Positions 21,240 to 29,619 of a stretch of 64,000 nucleotides of DNA are shown here, piece by piece. Every line of letters starts with the position of its first letter. Positions within the stretch are counted from its first letter, which is position 1. The notes below the pieces were generated by a model. That model worked only from the letters and a program-made list of their open reading frames with translations, made no database searches and was not told the DNA's origin. The position numbers and the translations under genes are program-made. The DNA comes from Gammaproteobacteria bacterium (GTDB lineage Bacteria > Pseudomonadota > Gammaproteobacteria > Eutrophobiales > Eutrophobiaceae), in contig CAXMWX010000011.1 in the NCBI GenBank assembly GCA_963422205.2, positions 32,001 to 96,000 of the forward strand, read 5' to 3'.

Positions 21240-22685
21240 TTACGTAGTGGTGAGGGTGACACAGGTGCCCGTCGGCTTGATGTTGGTAAAAGCGATGTCC
21301 CAGCCGTGACTCTGACAGATCTTAAAGGCAATCGGTATGCCTAGGCCCGTGCCAAACTGCTTGGTTGACGGGCCCGGTTCCAGATCGCCCGGCCTGGGTT
21401 CAAACGGCAGGCCGGGGCCGTGATCCTGCAAGCGGATAGACAGCCGGTTATCTCTCTCATCAATCGCAACGGTAATCTCGCCTGCCCTGGGCGAGGCATC
21501 GGCCGCATTGATCAGCAGGCCGTAAATCGCCTGCTCCATGAGGTCGGGATCGACAGCGATTTCTCGCCCACATTCCCAGCCTTGCCTCACGATATGCAGA
21601 TTTTTATCATGCAGCTTGGGCGTCAGCAGGGCGATGGCCGCATCCAGCAGCACCGTTACCCGAACCTGTTTAAGCACCGGTTGCAGCGGATGCAGGTAAG
21701 AGACCAGGGCATTCACCCAGCGGCCTAACCGATCCGTGGTATCGATGATCGCCTGCCTGCTCTCATGCAATTCGTCGGTGTTATCGACATCCTCAAGTAC
21801 CTGGGCGGTTGCCCGAATGCTGGCGAGTGGATTACGGATATTATGCGCCACCACCGGCACCAGCGCCCCCAGGGCCGCCTGCCGCTCCTGCTGGATCAAG
21901 GCCTGCCGGCTGGTTTTAAGCTCGGCGGCCATCTGGTTAATCGACTGGGCAATCCGTTGAATCTCGTTCACGCCCTGTTCCGGTATTCGGTGTTCAAGAT
22001 CCCCCCGGCTGATGGCCGATGCGCCCACGGTGATGGTGGCCACCTGATTGACAAAGCGGTTGCGAATGACATAACTGGTATAAAAAACGATGATCAGGGT
22101 AAGCAAAAAAATGACTGGGATGAGGACCGGGGCATACTGTGTCCAAAACCTGATCTTCCTGTCGATCGCTGCCAACTCCACGTTAAAATACGCCTTGAAC
22201 TCAAGGTAATTCATCTCAAATTCCCGCATCATCGTCTTTGAGAACTCCGGATCCAGCAGTTTAATCCGTATCACATAGTTCGCTGCATAAGGATCACCAA
22301 AGATCTTGTTCATCTCTTTCTGAATCTTGCGGTAGGCACTCTGTAATGACTGAATGACCTCGGTCTCCTCCCGCAACACCGCCGTCTGCCGAAGCTGATT
22401 AAAATGCCGATCTATACTCCTGGAAAATTCGGTATACACCGCCAGCGCCTCGAAATCTTCCAGCACCCGGGCCTTGATGACTTCCTGCAGCTGAATGAAT
22501 AATTCGCCCCGGATCTGCTCTGCCAGATAAATGGAATTATTCAGGCGAATGGACTCTGCCGAGGTCTGCTGCCACAGGTTGGCAGAGAAACCGCTTAACA
22601 AGGCCGTCACGGTTACCAGACACAAAAAGGCGACTTCATGCAGGAGCAGCAACCGCCTTAAAGACAGGGCGTTTTCAGCAGACAT
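21240..22685 (-). CDS. Membrane sensor histidine kinase (periplasmic sensor, HAMP, HisKA, HATPase)
   Basis: Two TMs flanking a periplasmic region, HAMP, AHNIRNPL H-box, NAADAS, DHGPG, GTGLG. Confidence 0.92.
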   Translation of the reverse strand: MSAENALSLRRLLLLHEVAFLCLVTVTALLSGFSANLWQQTSAESIRLNNSIYLAEQIRGELFIQLQEVIKARVLEDFEALAVYTEFSRSIDRHFNQLRQTAVLREETEVIQSLQSAYRKIQKEMNKIFGDPYAANYVIRIKLLDPEFSKTMMREFEMNYLEFKAYFNVELAAIDRKIRFWTQYAPVLIPVIFLLTLIIVFYTSYVIRNRFVNQVATITVGASAISRGDLEHRIPEQGVNEIQRIAQSINQMAAELKTSRQALIQQERQAALGALVPVVAHNIRNPLASIRATAQVLEDVDNTDELHESRQAIIDTTDRLGRWVNALVSYLHPLQPVLKQVRVTVLLDAAIALLTPKLHDKNLHIVRQGWECGREIAVDPDLMEQAIYGLLINAADASPRAGEITVAIDERDNRLSIRLQDHGPGLPFEPRPGDLEPGPSTKQFGTGLGIPIAFKICQSHGWDIAFTNIKPTGTCVTLTTT

Positions 22686-22705
22686 ACGCTGAAGTATACC
22701 TTAAA

Positions 22706-22723
22706 CTGGTTGATATCAACCAG
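22706..22723. promoter_or_regulatory. Perfect 18-bp palindrome, candidate enhancer (UAS) for the sigma54 activator
   Basis: CTGGTTGAT|ATCAACCAG, about 100 bp upstream of the -24 element. Confidence 0.6.
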
Positions 22724-22777
22724 ATAAAACAGCACGCTGAACCAGCAGGCACGCACTGCGTTTCTACCTGTAATATT

Positions 22778-22803
22778 TAACGCTTTGTTTTATATATTTT
22801 TTT
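22778..22803 (-). promoter_or_regulatory. Candidate IHF binding site
   Basis: Minus strand AAACAAAGCGTTA (one mismatch to WATCAANNNNTTR) with an adjacent A/T tract, between the palindrome and the sigma54 promoter. Confidence 0.5.
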
Positions 22804-22817
22804 ATCCAATGAACCTG

Positions 22818-22834
22818 TTGGCACGATCTTCGCT
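22818..22834 (+). promoter_or_regulatory. Sigma54 (-24/-12) promoter for pqqA
   Basis: TTGGCACGATCTTCGCT: TGGCAC core with exact GG-N10-GC spacing. Confidence 0.8.
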
Positions 22835-22914
22835 AGGATGTTGCCGTGCTGCCTGTTAGGCGTACACCGTGCAAGCGGTTCAACCCGAAACCAACAACTT
22901 GGAGGAGACATCTG

Positions 22915-22989
22915 ATGAAATGGGATACACCTGCATACAGCGATATCCGTTTTGGCTTTGAAGTGACAATGTACATCAACAACAAATAA
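22915..22989 (+). CDS. pqqA: PQQ precursor peptide PqqA (24 aa)
   Basis: Manual translation MKWDTPAYSDIRFGFEVTMYINNK*: W-x-x-P, RFGFEVTMY with the E-x-x-x-Y core; GGAGGA RBS at 22901-22906. Below the ORF-track length cutoff. Confidence 0.96.
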   Translation: MKWDTPAYSDIRFGFEVTMYINNK

Positions 22990-23020
22990 GTCTATTGACA
23001 CCAGCCAACATGCTGTAACC

Positions 23021-23048
23021 AAAAAGGGGCGCCATGCCCCTTTTTTTT
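23021..23048 (+). terminator. Intrinsic (potentially bidirectional) terminator after pqqA
   Basis: AAAAAGGGGC-gccat-GCCCC-TTTTTTTT. Confidence 0.88.
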
Positions 23049-23152
23049 CGAAAACCCACCTGTAACAAACAAATATTTGCTGAAAAATCAATAACAAACT
23101 ATGATGATCTACTTATCTTTTGAGCTGGGTTTTTGAGCGATATGACAACCTC

Positions 23153-23752
23153 ATGAGCAAGTTTAGCGTGCATAAATTGACGCATTCGCCCGTGCTTCAT
23201 GCGGCCAGATGGTGTGCCATTGTCTGGCTTGGCATGGTGAGTTTTAAGGCCGGGACAACGGCGGACTATCATCTTGAGATTTCCAAGAGCCAACGTCTCT
23301 TGCAGCTAAAGCAGGCCGAGAGAGTGATCAGGGAATACGCCATCGCCCACGGCAAAGGCGGCAAGGGCACCAAAAGACGCCTCGGTGATAACCGCACACC
23401 CCAGGGCACCTACCAGGTCGTCAAGTTCAAGGCCGACAGCAAATTTCACTTTTTTATCATGCTGAATTACCCCAGCCTGCTGGATGCCTGGCATGGCTAT
23501 CAGGATCATGTCATTGATGCCGTTGATTTTAAGAATATTGCCACGGCCTACAAGCACGGGCATCTGCCGCCGCAATCCACCGCCCTGGGGGGGTATATCG
23601 GTATCCACGGCATCGGTGAGACGACACCGGAGAAGCTGGAGATACACAGGGTGCATAACTGGACTGAAGGCTGTATTGCCTTGCGTAATGATGAGATTCT
23701 GGAATTAAAAGAGCTTGTCACCATCGGGACACGGGTTATCATTTCTGAATAA
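23153..23752 (+). CDS. L,D-transpeptidase family protein (YkuD domain)
   Basis: ISKSQRLL, GDNRTPQGTY, LNYP, IGIHG, NWTEGCIAL catalytic His/Cys motif. Start uncertain (23120 TTG or 23153 ATG). Confidence 0.88.
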   Translation: MSKFSVHKLTHSPVLHAARWCAIVWLGMVSFKAGTTADYHLEISKSQRLLQLKQAERVIREYAIAHGKGGKGTKRRLGDNRTPQGTYQVVKFKADSKFHFFIMLNYPSLLDAWHGYQDHVIDAVDFKNIATAYKHGHLPPQSTALGGYIGIHGIGETTPEKLEIHRVHNWTEGCIALRNDEILELKELVTIGTRVIISE

Positions 23753-23793
23753 TGCCCTTGCTGATCAACACAACCTGATGGCGGGCATCGTCC

Positions 23794-24567
23794 ATGCAAA
23801 AACAACCGCACCATTTATTTCTCATCTGGCTCATGCTCATGAGCATCGTGCTATTCGGCCTGTTTATCGCCTGGCATGAAAACGCCCTGGGGCTGCTCTA
23901 TCTTGGCGATAAAAGCCGGATTTCCTGGGCGATCACTCTTCTGTTCGTACTCATCACCTTATACAGCGCCCGCCGCATGTTTCTTATCTCAGAAGAGATC
24001 AACTTGTCCGACTGGGTATACCAGATGATAACCGCCAACAGGGATGCCGGATTACACACCGATGCCGGCCATATTTATCTGGCCGAGCATGTCAAGCTGC
24101 CACAGTGTATGCTGACCACCTTCCTGCTGGATATGGTCTACGAAAAACAGCAGCACGACATGGCAGAGAAGCCGAGCCAAAAACAGGAGCCCTCTGCCGA
24201 TTTGCTGGAAGTCTATGAAGCCAGATTAAAAAATCCGCATAACATCGGCTGGTTTTTCAGCGATATCATGATCAAGCTGGGCCTGCTCGGCACCATCATC
24301 GGGTTTGTGTTAATGCTTGGCTCGGTGGTCAACGTTACCGACTTTGATGTCAGTACCATGCAGAATATCCTCAAACAAATGAGCGCTGGCATGGGCACCG
24401 CCCTGTACACCACCTTTGCCGGCCTGGTGTGCAGCATCATCACAGCAACGCAATTTCATCTGCTGGATCAGGGCGCCGATGAGCTGGTAGAACAGGCCAA
24501 GCAGTTGACCTACGTCCACCTGCTGCCGGGCTATGATAAAAACTCCCCAGCAAAAACCCATGAATAA
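23794..24567 (+). CDS. MotA/TolQ/ExbB proton channel family protein
   Basis: Four hydrophobic segments; KLGLLGTIIGF and GMGTALYTTFAGL signature helices. Confidence 0.85.
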   Translation: MQKQPHHLFLIWLMLMSIVLFGLFIAWHENALGLLYLGDKSRISWAITLLFVLITLYSARRMFLISEEINLSDWVYQMITANRDAGLHTDAGHIYLAEHVKLPQCMLTTFLLDMVYEKQQHDMAEKPSQKQEPSADLLEVYEARLKNPHNIGWFFSDIMIKLGLLGTIIGFVLMLGSVVNVTDFDVSTMQNILKQMSAGMGTALYTTFAGLVCSIITATQFHLLDQGADELVEQAKQLTYVHLLPGYDKNSPAKTHE

Positions 24568-24573
24568 AAACCC

Positions 24574-25170
24574 ATGAACAAACGACACAAACGCTATCAA
24601 TCCGACCCGTTTACTGATCTGCTGTTTAATGCCCTGCTGGGTTTTACGTTTTTGTTCCTGGTGGCCATCATGTTCATGAACCCGGAAGCAAAATCCGGCA
24701 TCATCGATCCCAAGGCCGAATATATCCTGACGATTACCTGGGAGGATAACAGCCCGGATGATATCGACACTTGGGTGGAAGACCCGGACGGCCGGGTAGT
24801 CTGGTTTCGTAATCCGGAGGCCGGCCTGCTGCATTTAGACCGGGATGATCGCGGTATGCTGAACGATATCATCATGATCAATGGCGAGCCTAAGGAAAAC
24901 CCCTTAAATCAGGAAATCGTCACCTTGCGCGGGGTGGTACGGGGCGAGTATGTCGTCAATCTTCACTATTATGCCTCAGAGACCGGTCAGGCGGTTGATG
25001 TCAATGTCAGGCTGGTGAAGGTGAATCCGGCCCTGGAAGTGATCTACTATGATACCGTCACAATGGGAAAAGCAGGCGATGAGAAGACCGCCCTGCGCTT
25101 TAACATTCATTTTGATGGCGGCATATCAAACATCAACCAGTTGCCTAAATCACTGGTTTCTTTAGGCTGA
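24574..25170 (+). CDS. Single-TM protein with MotB/ExbD-like acidic TM segment and YfaP/DUF2135-like soluble domain
   Basis: Basic N-terminus, DPFTDLLFNALLGF TM; soluble part has TW..DDIDTWVEDPDG, LDRDDRG, NQE, GEYVVNLHYY pattern. Confidence 0.6.
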   Translation: MNKRHKRYQSDPFTDLLFNALLGFTFLFLVAIMFMNPEAKSGIIDPKAEYILTITWEDNSPDDIDTWVEDPDGRVVWFRNPEAGLLHLDRDDRGMLNDIIMINGEPKENPLNQEIVTLRGVVRGEYVVNLHYYASETGQAVDVNVRLVKVNPALEVIYYDTVTMGKAGDEKTALRFNIHFDGGISNINQLPKSLVSLG

Positions 25171-25188
25171 ATCTTAAGGGGGAGCGGC

Positions 25189-25710
25189 GTGTTTACACTG
25201 GGTGTTATCGGGCTGGTATCGGCCTATATTCTGACTGTGCTGTTACTGCTCAGCATCAACTTATATGCCAATATTTCATGGAAAATAAAAGCCATCTCCA
25301 TCATTGCGGCAACCTGTCTTTATGCCATCACCTATCAATCCATCCCCCCTCTCCTGGGCTGGCCGACGGCAGATGAGCTACCGACAAGATTCAGGCTGGT
25401 GGCCGCCGATGTCCAGCAGCCCGACAAACAAACCGGACAAAAAGGGATGATTTTTCTCTGGCTTAAAGACCTGGAGGATCTCTCGGTGACTGCCCGGCCC
25501 CGCGCCTATCAGATTGCCTACAGTGACCAGCTGTATGAGTTGGTCATCAAAGCGAAATCGAAAATGGAGAAAGGGATGCCACAGCTAGGTGAATTTAAAA
25601 AACCAGAACAAGATACTATCCGATTGGTTGATGATCTGAATCGCCTGGGACAGGAAGCCTTTAATATCGAGTTCTATGACTTGCCCGACCCACTCATTCC
25701 AGAGAAATAA
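25189..25710 (+). CDS. Hypothetical membrane protein (two N-terminal TMs + soluble domain)
   Basis: GGGGAG RBS, GTG start, two hydrophobic helices, LLGWPT and PRAY motifs; same operon as the upstream genes. Confidence 0.75.
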   Translation: MFTLGVIGLVSAYILTVLLLLSINLYANISWKIKAISIIAATCLYAITYQSIPPLLGWPTADELPTRFRLVAADVQQPDKQTGQKGMIFLWLKDLEDLSVTARPRAYQIAYSDQLYELVIKAKSKMEKGMPQLGEFKKPEQDTIRLVDDLNRLGQEAFNIEFYDLPDPLIPEK

Positions 25711-25737
25711 CACGCCCCTGATCGCATCACACACGCC

Positions 25738-28428
25738 ATGACCGAAGGCACCAAAGAAAAACGATTCTTAACCGAGCTCGAAGCCCTGTTCACCGGCGCT
25801 GAAGTGGAGGGCGATTCCGGCTTTGTCAATCTGATGCAGATGAAGCGGCGCTATTTTCAGTCCCTGCGCCCGCAACTGATGGCCGAGATCGACCAGCGCG
25901 CCGAAAAGCAAACCAGCTTCCGAGAAGAACTGTTCGACAAGCTCTACACCTTCTTTCAACGCTATTTTTGCGAAAGCGGCTCCATCTATTTCCGCCACCT
26001 GCCAGCCTTTGCCAAAACCTACGAACGCGTCTACGAAGACGGCCAGGATGTCGCCCTGTCGTGGAAGACGCAGATGCTTTACTACGTCAAATCCGATGTA
26101 CTGGTGCGCTCCATAACGGTGGAATTGAACGAGGAAGGCGCACCACAGAAAACCAGGCGATTTTATTTTGACGCTTCAAAATTTGAAGGCAAACAGAACA
26201 ACGAAAAGCGCGAATTTGTGTTCAGCTTTGCACAGGTGAAAGAAGAAAAACAGGGGCAGGTGGTGCATCTCAACGTGGCCTATTCACAGCGCGGCAACAG
26301 AACCAACACCGGCGACATCGTGAAACAGGCGGGCAAAGACGGCGCAGCCCTCACCGAGGAACAACTGCAAAAAGCGATCGGCGTGTTTCGCCGTCAGACC
26401 GAAGCCGATTTTTTCATCAACAAAGATGCGAAGGGGTTTTTACGCGAGCAGTTTGACCTGTGGATGTATCAATACATCTTTTCCGAGCAAACCATCTTTG
26501 AAGAGAAGCGCATAAAACAGCTTCAGGCAATCAAAGAAACAGCATACTTCATCATTGACTTTATCGCACAATTCGAAGATGAGTTACGGCGTGTATGGGA
26601 AAAACCGAAGTTTGTCCGCAAGGTAAACTATGTGGTGACGCTGGACAAATTGACAGATGAAACATTGCAAAAAATAATAACGCACAAGGGCGTAAAAGCA
26701 CAGATCAAAGAATGGCAGGCGCTCGGCATGGTGGATGATGCGTTTTCCATGCAGAGCCTCTTCAACGGGCAAGGAAACCTGTACAGAGAAAACGGCATGG
26801 GCGATGACTATAAATATCTGCCGCTGGATACCAAACATTTTAAGGATTTGGAACTGGAAATCCTTGATGATCTCGGCAATCTGGACGAAGCGCTGGACGG
26901 CGAACTGGTACACAGCGAGAACTGGCAGGCATTGAATACCTTAAAAGCGCGGTATCAGGGGAAGGTGAAATGTATTTATATTGATCCGCCTTATAATACT
27001 GATGCGTCAGCAATTCTCTATACAAATAGTTACAAGGATTCATCCTGGCTTTCTCTAATGGAAAACCGCTTATCGCTATCCAAACAATTTCTATGGAAAA
27101 ACGGTATTTTGTGCTGTGCTATAGATGATGAGGAGTTTTTGCTTCTGAAACAAATAACGGATTCTTTGTTTACAAAAAATCTGGGGATTGCCACTGTCCG
27201 TTCAAATCCAGCAGGCCGTAAAACAAAAGGAAAACTGTCGCCATCGCATGAATATGCCATGTTCATTGGCGAGTCGGAAAACTCTATCCTCGGCAGTTTG
27301 CCAAAAACTAAAAAATCTCTTGACCGTTATCCAGAAAGAGATGAGCAAGGTCAGTTTGCCTGGGCAAGTTTTGTGCGTTCAGGATCTGGTGATAGGCGAG
27401 AAGATCGCCCAAAACTACATTATCCGATTTTTGTTAATAGCAAGAATAAAATCAGAATACCAAAAATGGAATGGGATACAGATACGGGTGAGTACAATTT
27501 ACAGGAACAGCCTCGGGATGATGAAACTGTCGTTTATCCGTTTCGCGAAATTGATGACAAGCTGATAGAGGGAAGATGGCATCGTGGCTATCAGCGAGTT
27601 ATAGATGAGCCAGAAGAATTCCGTGCTTCCCGTTCATCTGAAAACAGAGTTTCCATTCATTTCAAAACCCGTATGGACTTACACTCTATGCCCACGACTT
27701 GGTGGAGTGAAAATGAATATGCCTCTTCTAATTATGGCACTGGAGAGTTGAAAAAACTTTTTAGTTATGGCGATTTTGATTTCGCAAAGGCACCTAGATT
27801 AGTTCAGGATTGCCTGATAACAGCAGGGGCAAATGAGAATAATATAAACATTTTAGACTACTTCGCCGGTTCCGGCACCACTGCCCATGCGGTGATCAAT
27901 CTCAATCGGGAAGACGGCGGCAGGCGAAAATACCTGCTGATTGAAATGGGCGAGTATTTTCACACTGTTCTGCTACCGCGTATCAAGAAGGTGGTGTATT
28001 CCAAAGACTGGCGCGAAGGCAAACCCGTCTCCCGTGAAGGCAGCAGCCATTTTCTGAAATACTACACCCTGGAACAGTACGAAGAAACCCTGAAAAACTC
28101 GCATTATGCGGACGGCGACCAACTGGAGTTGGACAGCACAAAATCGCCGTTTGAGCAATACGTTTTCTTTGGCGATGACAAGCTCGCCCAGGCCGTTAAG
28201 CTGCAAAAAAACGGCAAGCTGAAGATCAACCTGCATCATCTTTACAAGGACATAGACATCGCCGAATCCCTGGTCAACATCCTCGGCAAAACCATCCGCA
28301 AACGCACGGCAGAGCGCGTCACCTTTGCCGACGGCAGCAGCGAGAAAACCAACCCGTCAACCATGACCGAACAAGAAAAACAACATTTTATATCACTCAT
28401 CAAACCTTATCTGTGGTGGGGGGAGTGA
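25738..28428 (+). CDS. mod: Type III R-M-like adenine DNA methyltransferase (Mod, beta class)
   Basis: ENWQAL, CIYIDPPYN (motif IV) preceding ILDYFAGSGTT (motif I), RKYLLIE; long N-terminal extension. Confidence 0.9.
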   Translation: MTEGTKEKRFLTELEALFTGAEVEGDSGFVNLMQMKRRYFQSLRPQLMAEIDQRAEKQTSFREELFDKLYTFFQRYFCESGSIYFRHLPAFAKTYERVYEDGQDVALSWKTQMLYYVKSDVLVRSITVELNEEGAPQKTRRFYFDASKFEGKQNNEKREFVFSFAQVKEEKQGQVVHLNVAYSQRGNRTNTGDIVKQAGKDGAALTEEQLQKAIGVFRRQTEADFFINKDAKGFLREQFDLWMYQYIFSEQTIFEEKRIKQLQAIKETAYFIIDFIAQFEDELRRVWEKPKFVRKVNYVVTLDKLTDETLQKIITHKGVKAQIKEWQALGMVDDAFSMQSLFNGQGNLYRENGMGDDYKYLPLDTKHFKDLELEILDDLGNLDEALDGELVHSENWQALNTLKARYQGKVKCIYIDPPYNTDASAILYTNSYKDSSWLSLMENRLSLSKQFLWKNGILCCAIDDEEFLLLKQITDSLFTKNLGIATVRSNPAGRKTKGKLSPSHEYAMFIGESENSILGSLPKTKKSLDRYPERDEQGQFAWASFVRSGSGDRREDRPKLHYPIFVNSKNKIRIPKMEWDTDTGEYNLQEQPRDDETVVYPFREIDDKLIEGRWHRGYQRVIDEPEEFRASRSSENRVSIHFKTRMDLHSMPTTWWSENEYASSNYGTGELKKLFSYGDFDFAKAPRLVQDCLITAGANENNINILDYFAGSGTTAHAVINLNREDGGRRKYLLIEMGEYFHTVLLPRIKKVVYSKDWREGKPVSREGSSHFLKYYTLEQYEETLKNSHYADGDQLELDSTKSPFEQYVFFGDDKLAQAVKLQKNGKLKINLHHLYKDIDIAESLVNILGKTIRKRTAERVTFADGSSEKTNPSTMTEQEKQHFISLIKPYLWWGE

Positions 28429-28431
28429 ATC

Positions 28432-29619
28432 ATGTATAACGATACTAAATTGTTGACAATAATTTCTCAGGGGGAGAGCGACAATGTGGAGTTTACGCAA
28501 TCTGCCAAAGACCTGGACAAAATCAGAGAAGCGATATGCGCCTTTGCCAATGACTTGCCTGACCATCGAGAGCCTGGTTTTATTTTTATTGGAATTAAAG
28601 ATGACGGAAGTTATGCCGATTTAGCCATTGACGACAAACTGTTGCAAACACTTGGCGGCCTGCGGGACGATGGTAAAATTCTCCCTTTCCCCATGATGGA
28701 AGTCAGCAGGAGATTACTAAACGACCACGAAGTTGCAGTAGTACAGGTGGAACCCTCCGTGAATCCGCCGGTAAAAAGTGACGGTCGATGCTGGATTAGA
28801 ACCGGCCCAAGACGCAGCCAGGCAACCGCTGAGGATGAGCGCCGCTTGACGGAGAAACGCCACTGGGGAAGCCTGACTTATGACATGCAGGGGGTAGCTG
28901 GTGCGTCCGTGGAACATGATCTGGACTTGCGAAAATTCGAAGTTGAATACCTACCCAACGCCGTTTCACAGGAAGTCCTGGAAGGAAATAAACGTAATTT
29001 GAAAGAACAATTACAAGCACTGCGCCTGACATCAGAGGATGGAACACCAACGGTTACGGCGATCCTGATGCTGGGTAAATTTCCTGCTTCCTGGTTTCCG
29101 GGGGCGTATATTCAGTTTGTTCGCTACGACGGTGACAAGGTTACCGACCCTGTTAAGAGTCAAAGGGAAATACACGGCACCTTGTCCGATCAACTTACTG
29201 AGATAGAAAAGATTTTTAATACAAATATTGCAGTTGCGCTTGACGCTGGCCGTGAGATTCATGTGGAAACACCGGATTATCCGGTTGTTGCGTTACGCGA
29301 GCTTATTCGCAATGCCGTTATTCACAGAAACTACAACGGCACTAATACCCCGATTCGATTTCACTGGTTTGAAAACAAGATAGAAATTATCAGCCCAGGT
29401 TCTGTTTATGGCGTGGTCACGCGGGAAAACTTTGGCAGTCCCGGCATTACTGACTACCGCAACCCCACCATTGCCGAGGCGATGAAGAATATGGGGTACA
29501 TGGAGCGGTTCGGCACCGGCATAGACAAGGCGCGTAGAGCGCTGGAGGAGAATAGCAATCCAGCGCCGAAATTAACCGCCGAGGATACATTTATTTTTGT
29601 TGAAATCAGGAAGTCATAG
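28432..29619 (+). CDS. Schlafen/AlbA_2 domain protein with C-terminal HATPase_c_4 (GHKL-like) domain
   Basis: GESDNVEF, ICAFAN, GFIFIGIKDDG (AlbA_2); ALRELIRNAVIHRNY, IEIISPG, RNPTIA, MERFGTGI (HATPase_c_4). Confidence 0.85.
   Translation: MYNDTKLLTIISQGESDNVEFTQSAKDLDKIREAICAFANDLPDHREPGFIFIGIKDDGSYADLAIDDKLLQTLGGLRDDGKILPFPMMEVSRRLLNDHEVAVVQVEPSVNPPVKSDGRCWIRTGPRRSQATAEDERRLTEKRHWGSLTYDMQGVAGASVEHDLDLRKFEVEYLPNAVSQEVLEGNKRNLKEQLQALRLTSEDGTPTVTAILMLGKFPASWFPGAYIQFVRYDGDKVTDPVKSQREIHGTLSDQLTEIEKIFNTNIAVALDAGREIHVETPDYPVVALRELIRNAVIHRNYNGTNTPIRFHWFENKIEIISPGSVYGVVTRENFGSPGITDYRNPTIAEAMKNMGYMERFGTGIDKARRALEENSNPAPKLTAEDTFIFVEIRKS

Noticed and set aside
22777-23293. ORF-track minus-strand ORFs of 106 and 64 aa near pqqA
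   Set aside because: They are antisense to pqqA, its promoter and terminator and the transpeptidase, with no recognisable motifs; likely spurious.
23794-25170. Zorya (ZorA/ZorB) defence system
   Set aside because: The channel protein is only 257 aa with no long cytoplasmic tail, the partner has no OmpA-like domain, and there are no zorC/D/E-like genes.
25738-28428. Phase-variable mod (phasevarion)
   Set aside because: No simple-sequence repeat tract is visible in mod or upstream; there is only a G6 run in the last codons.
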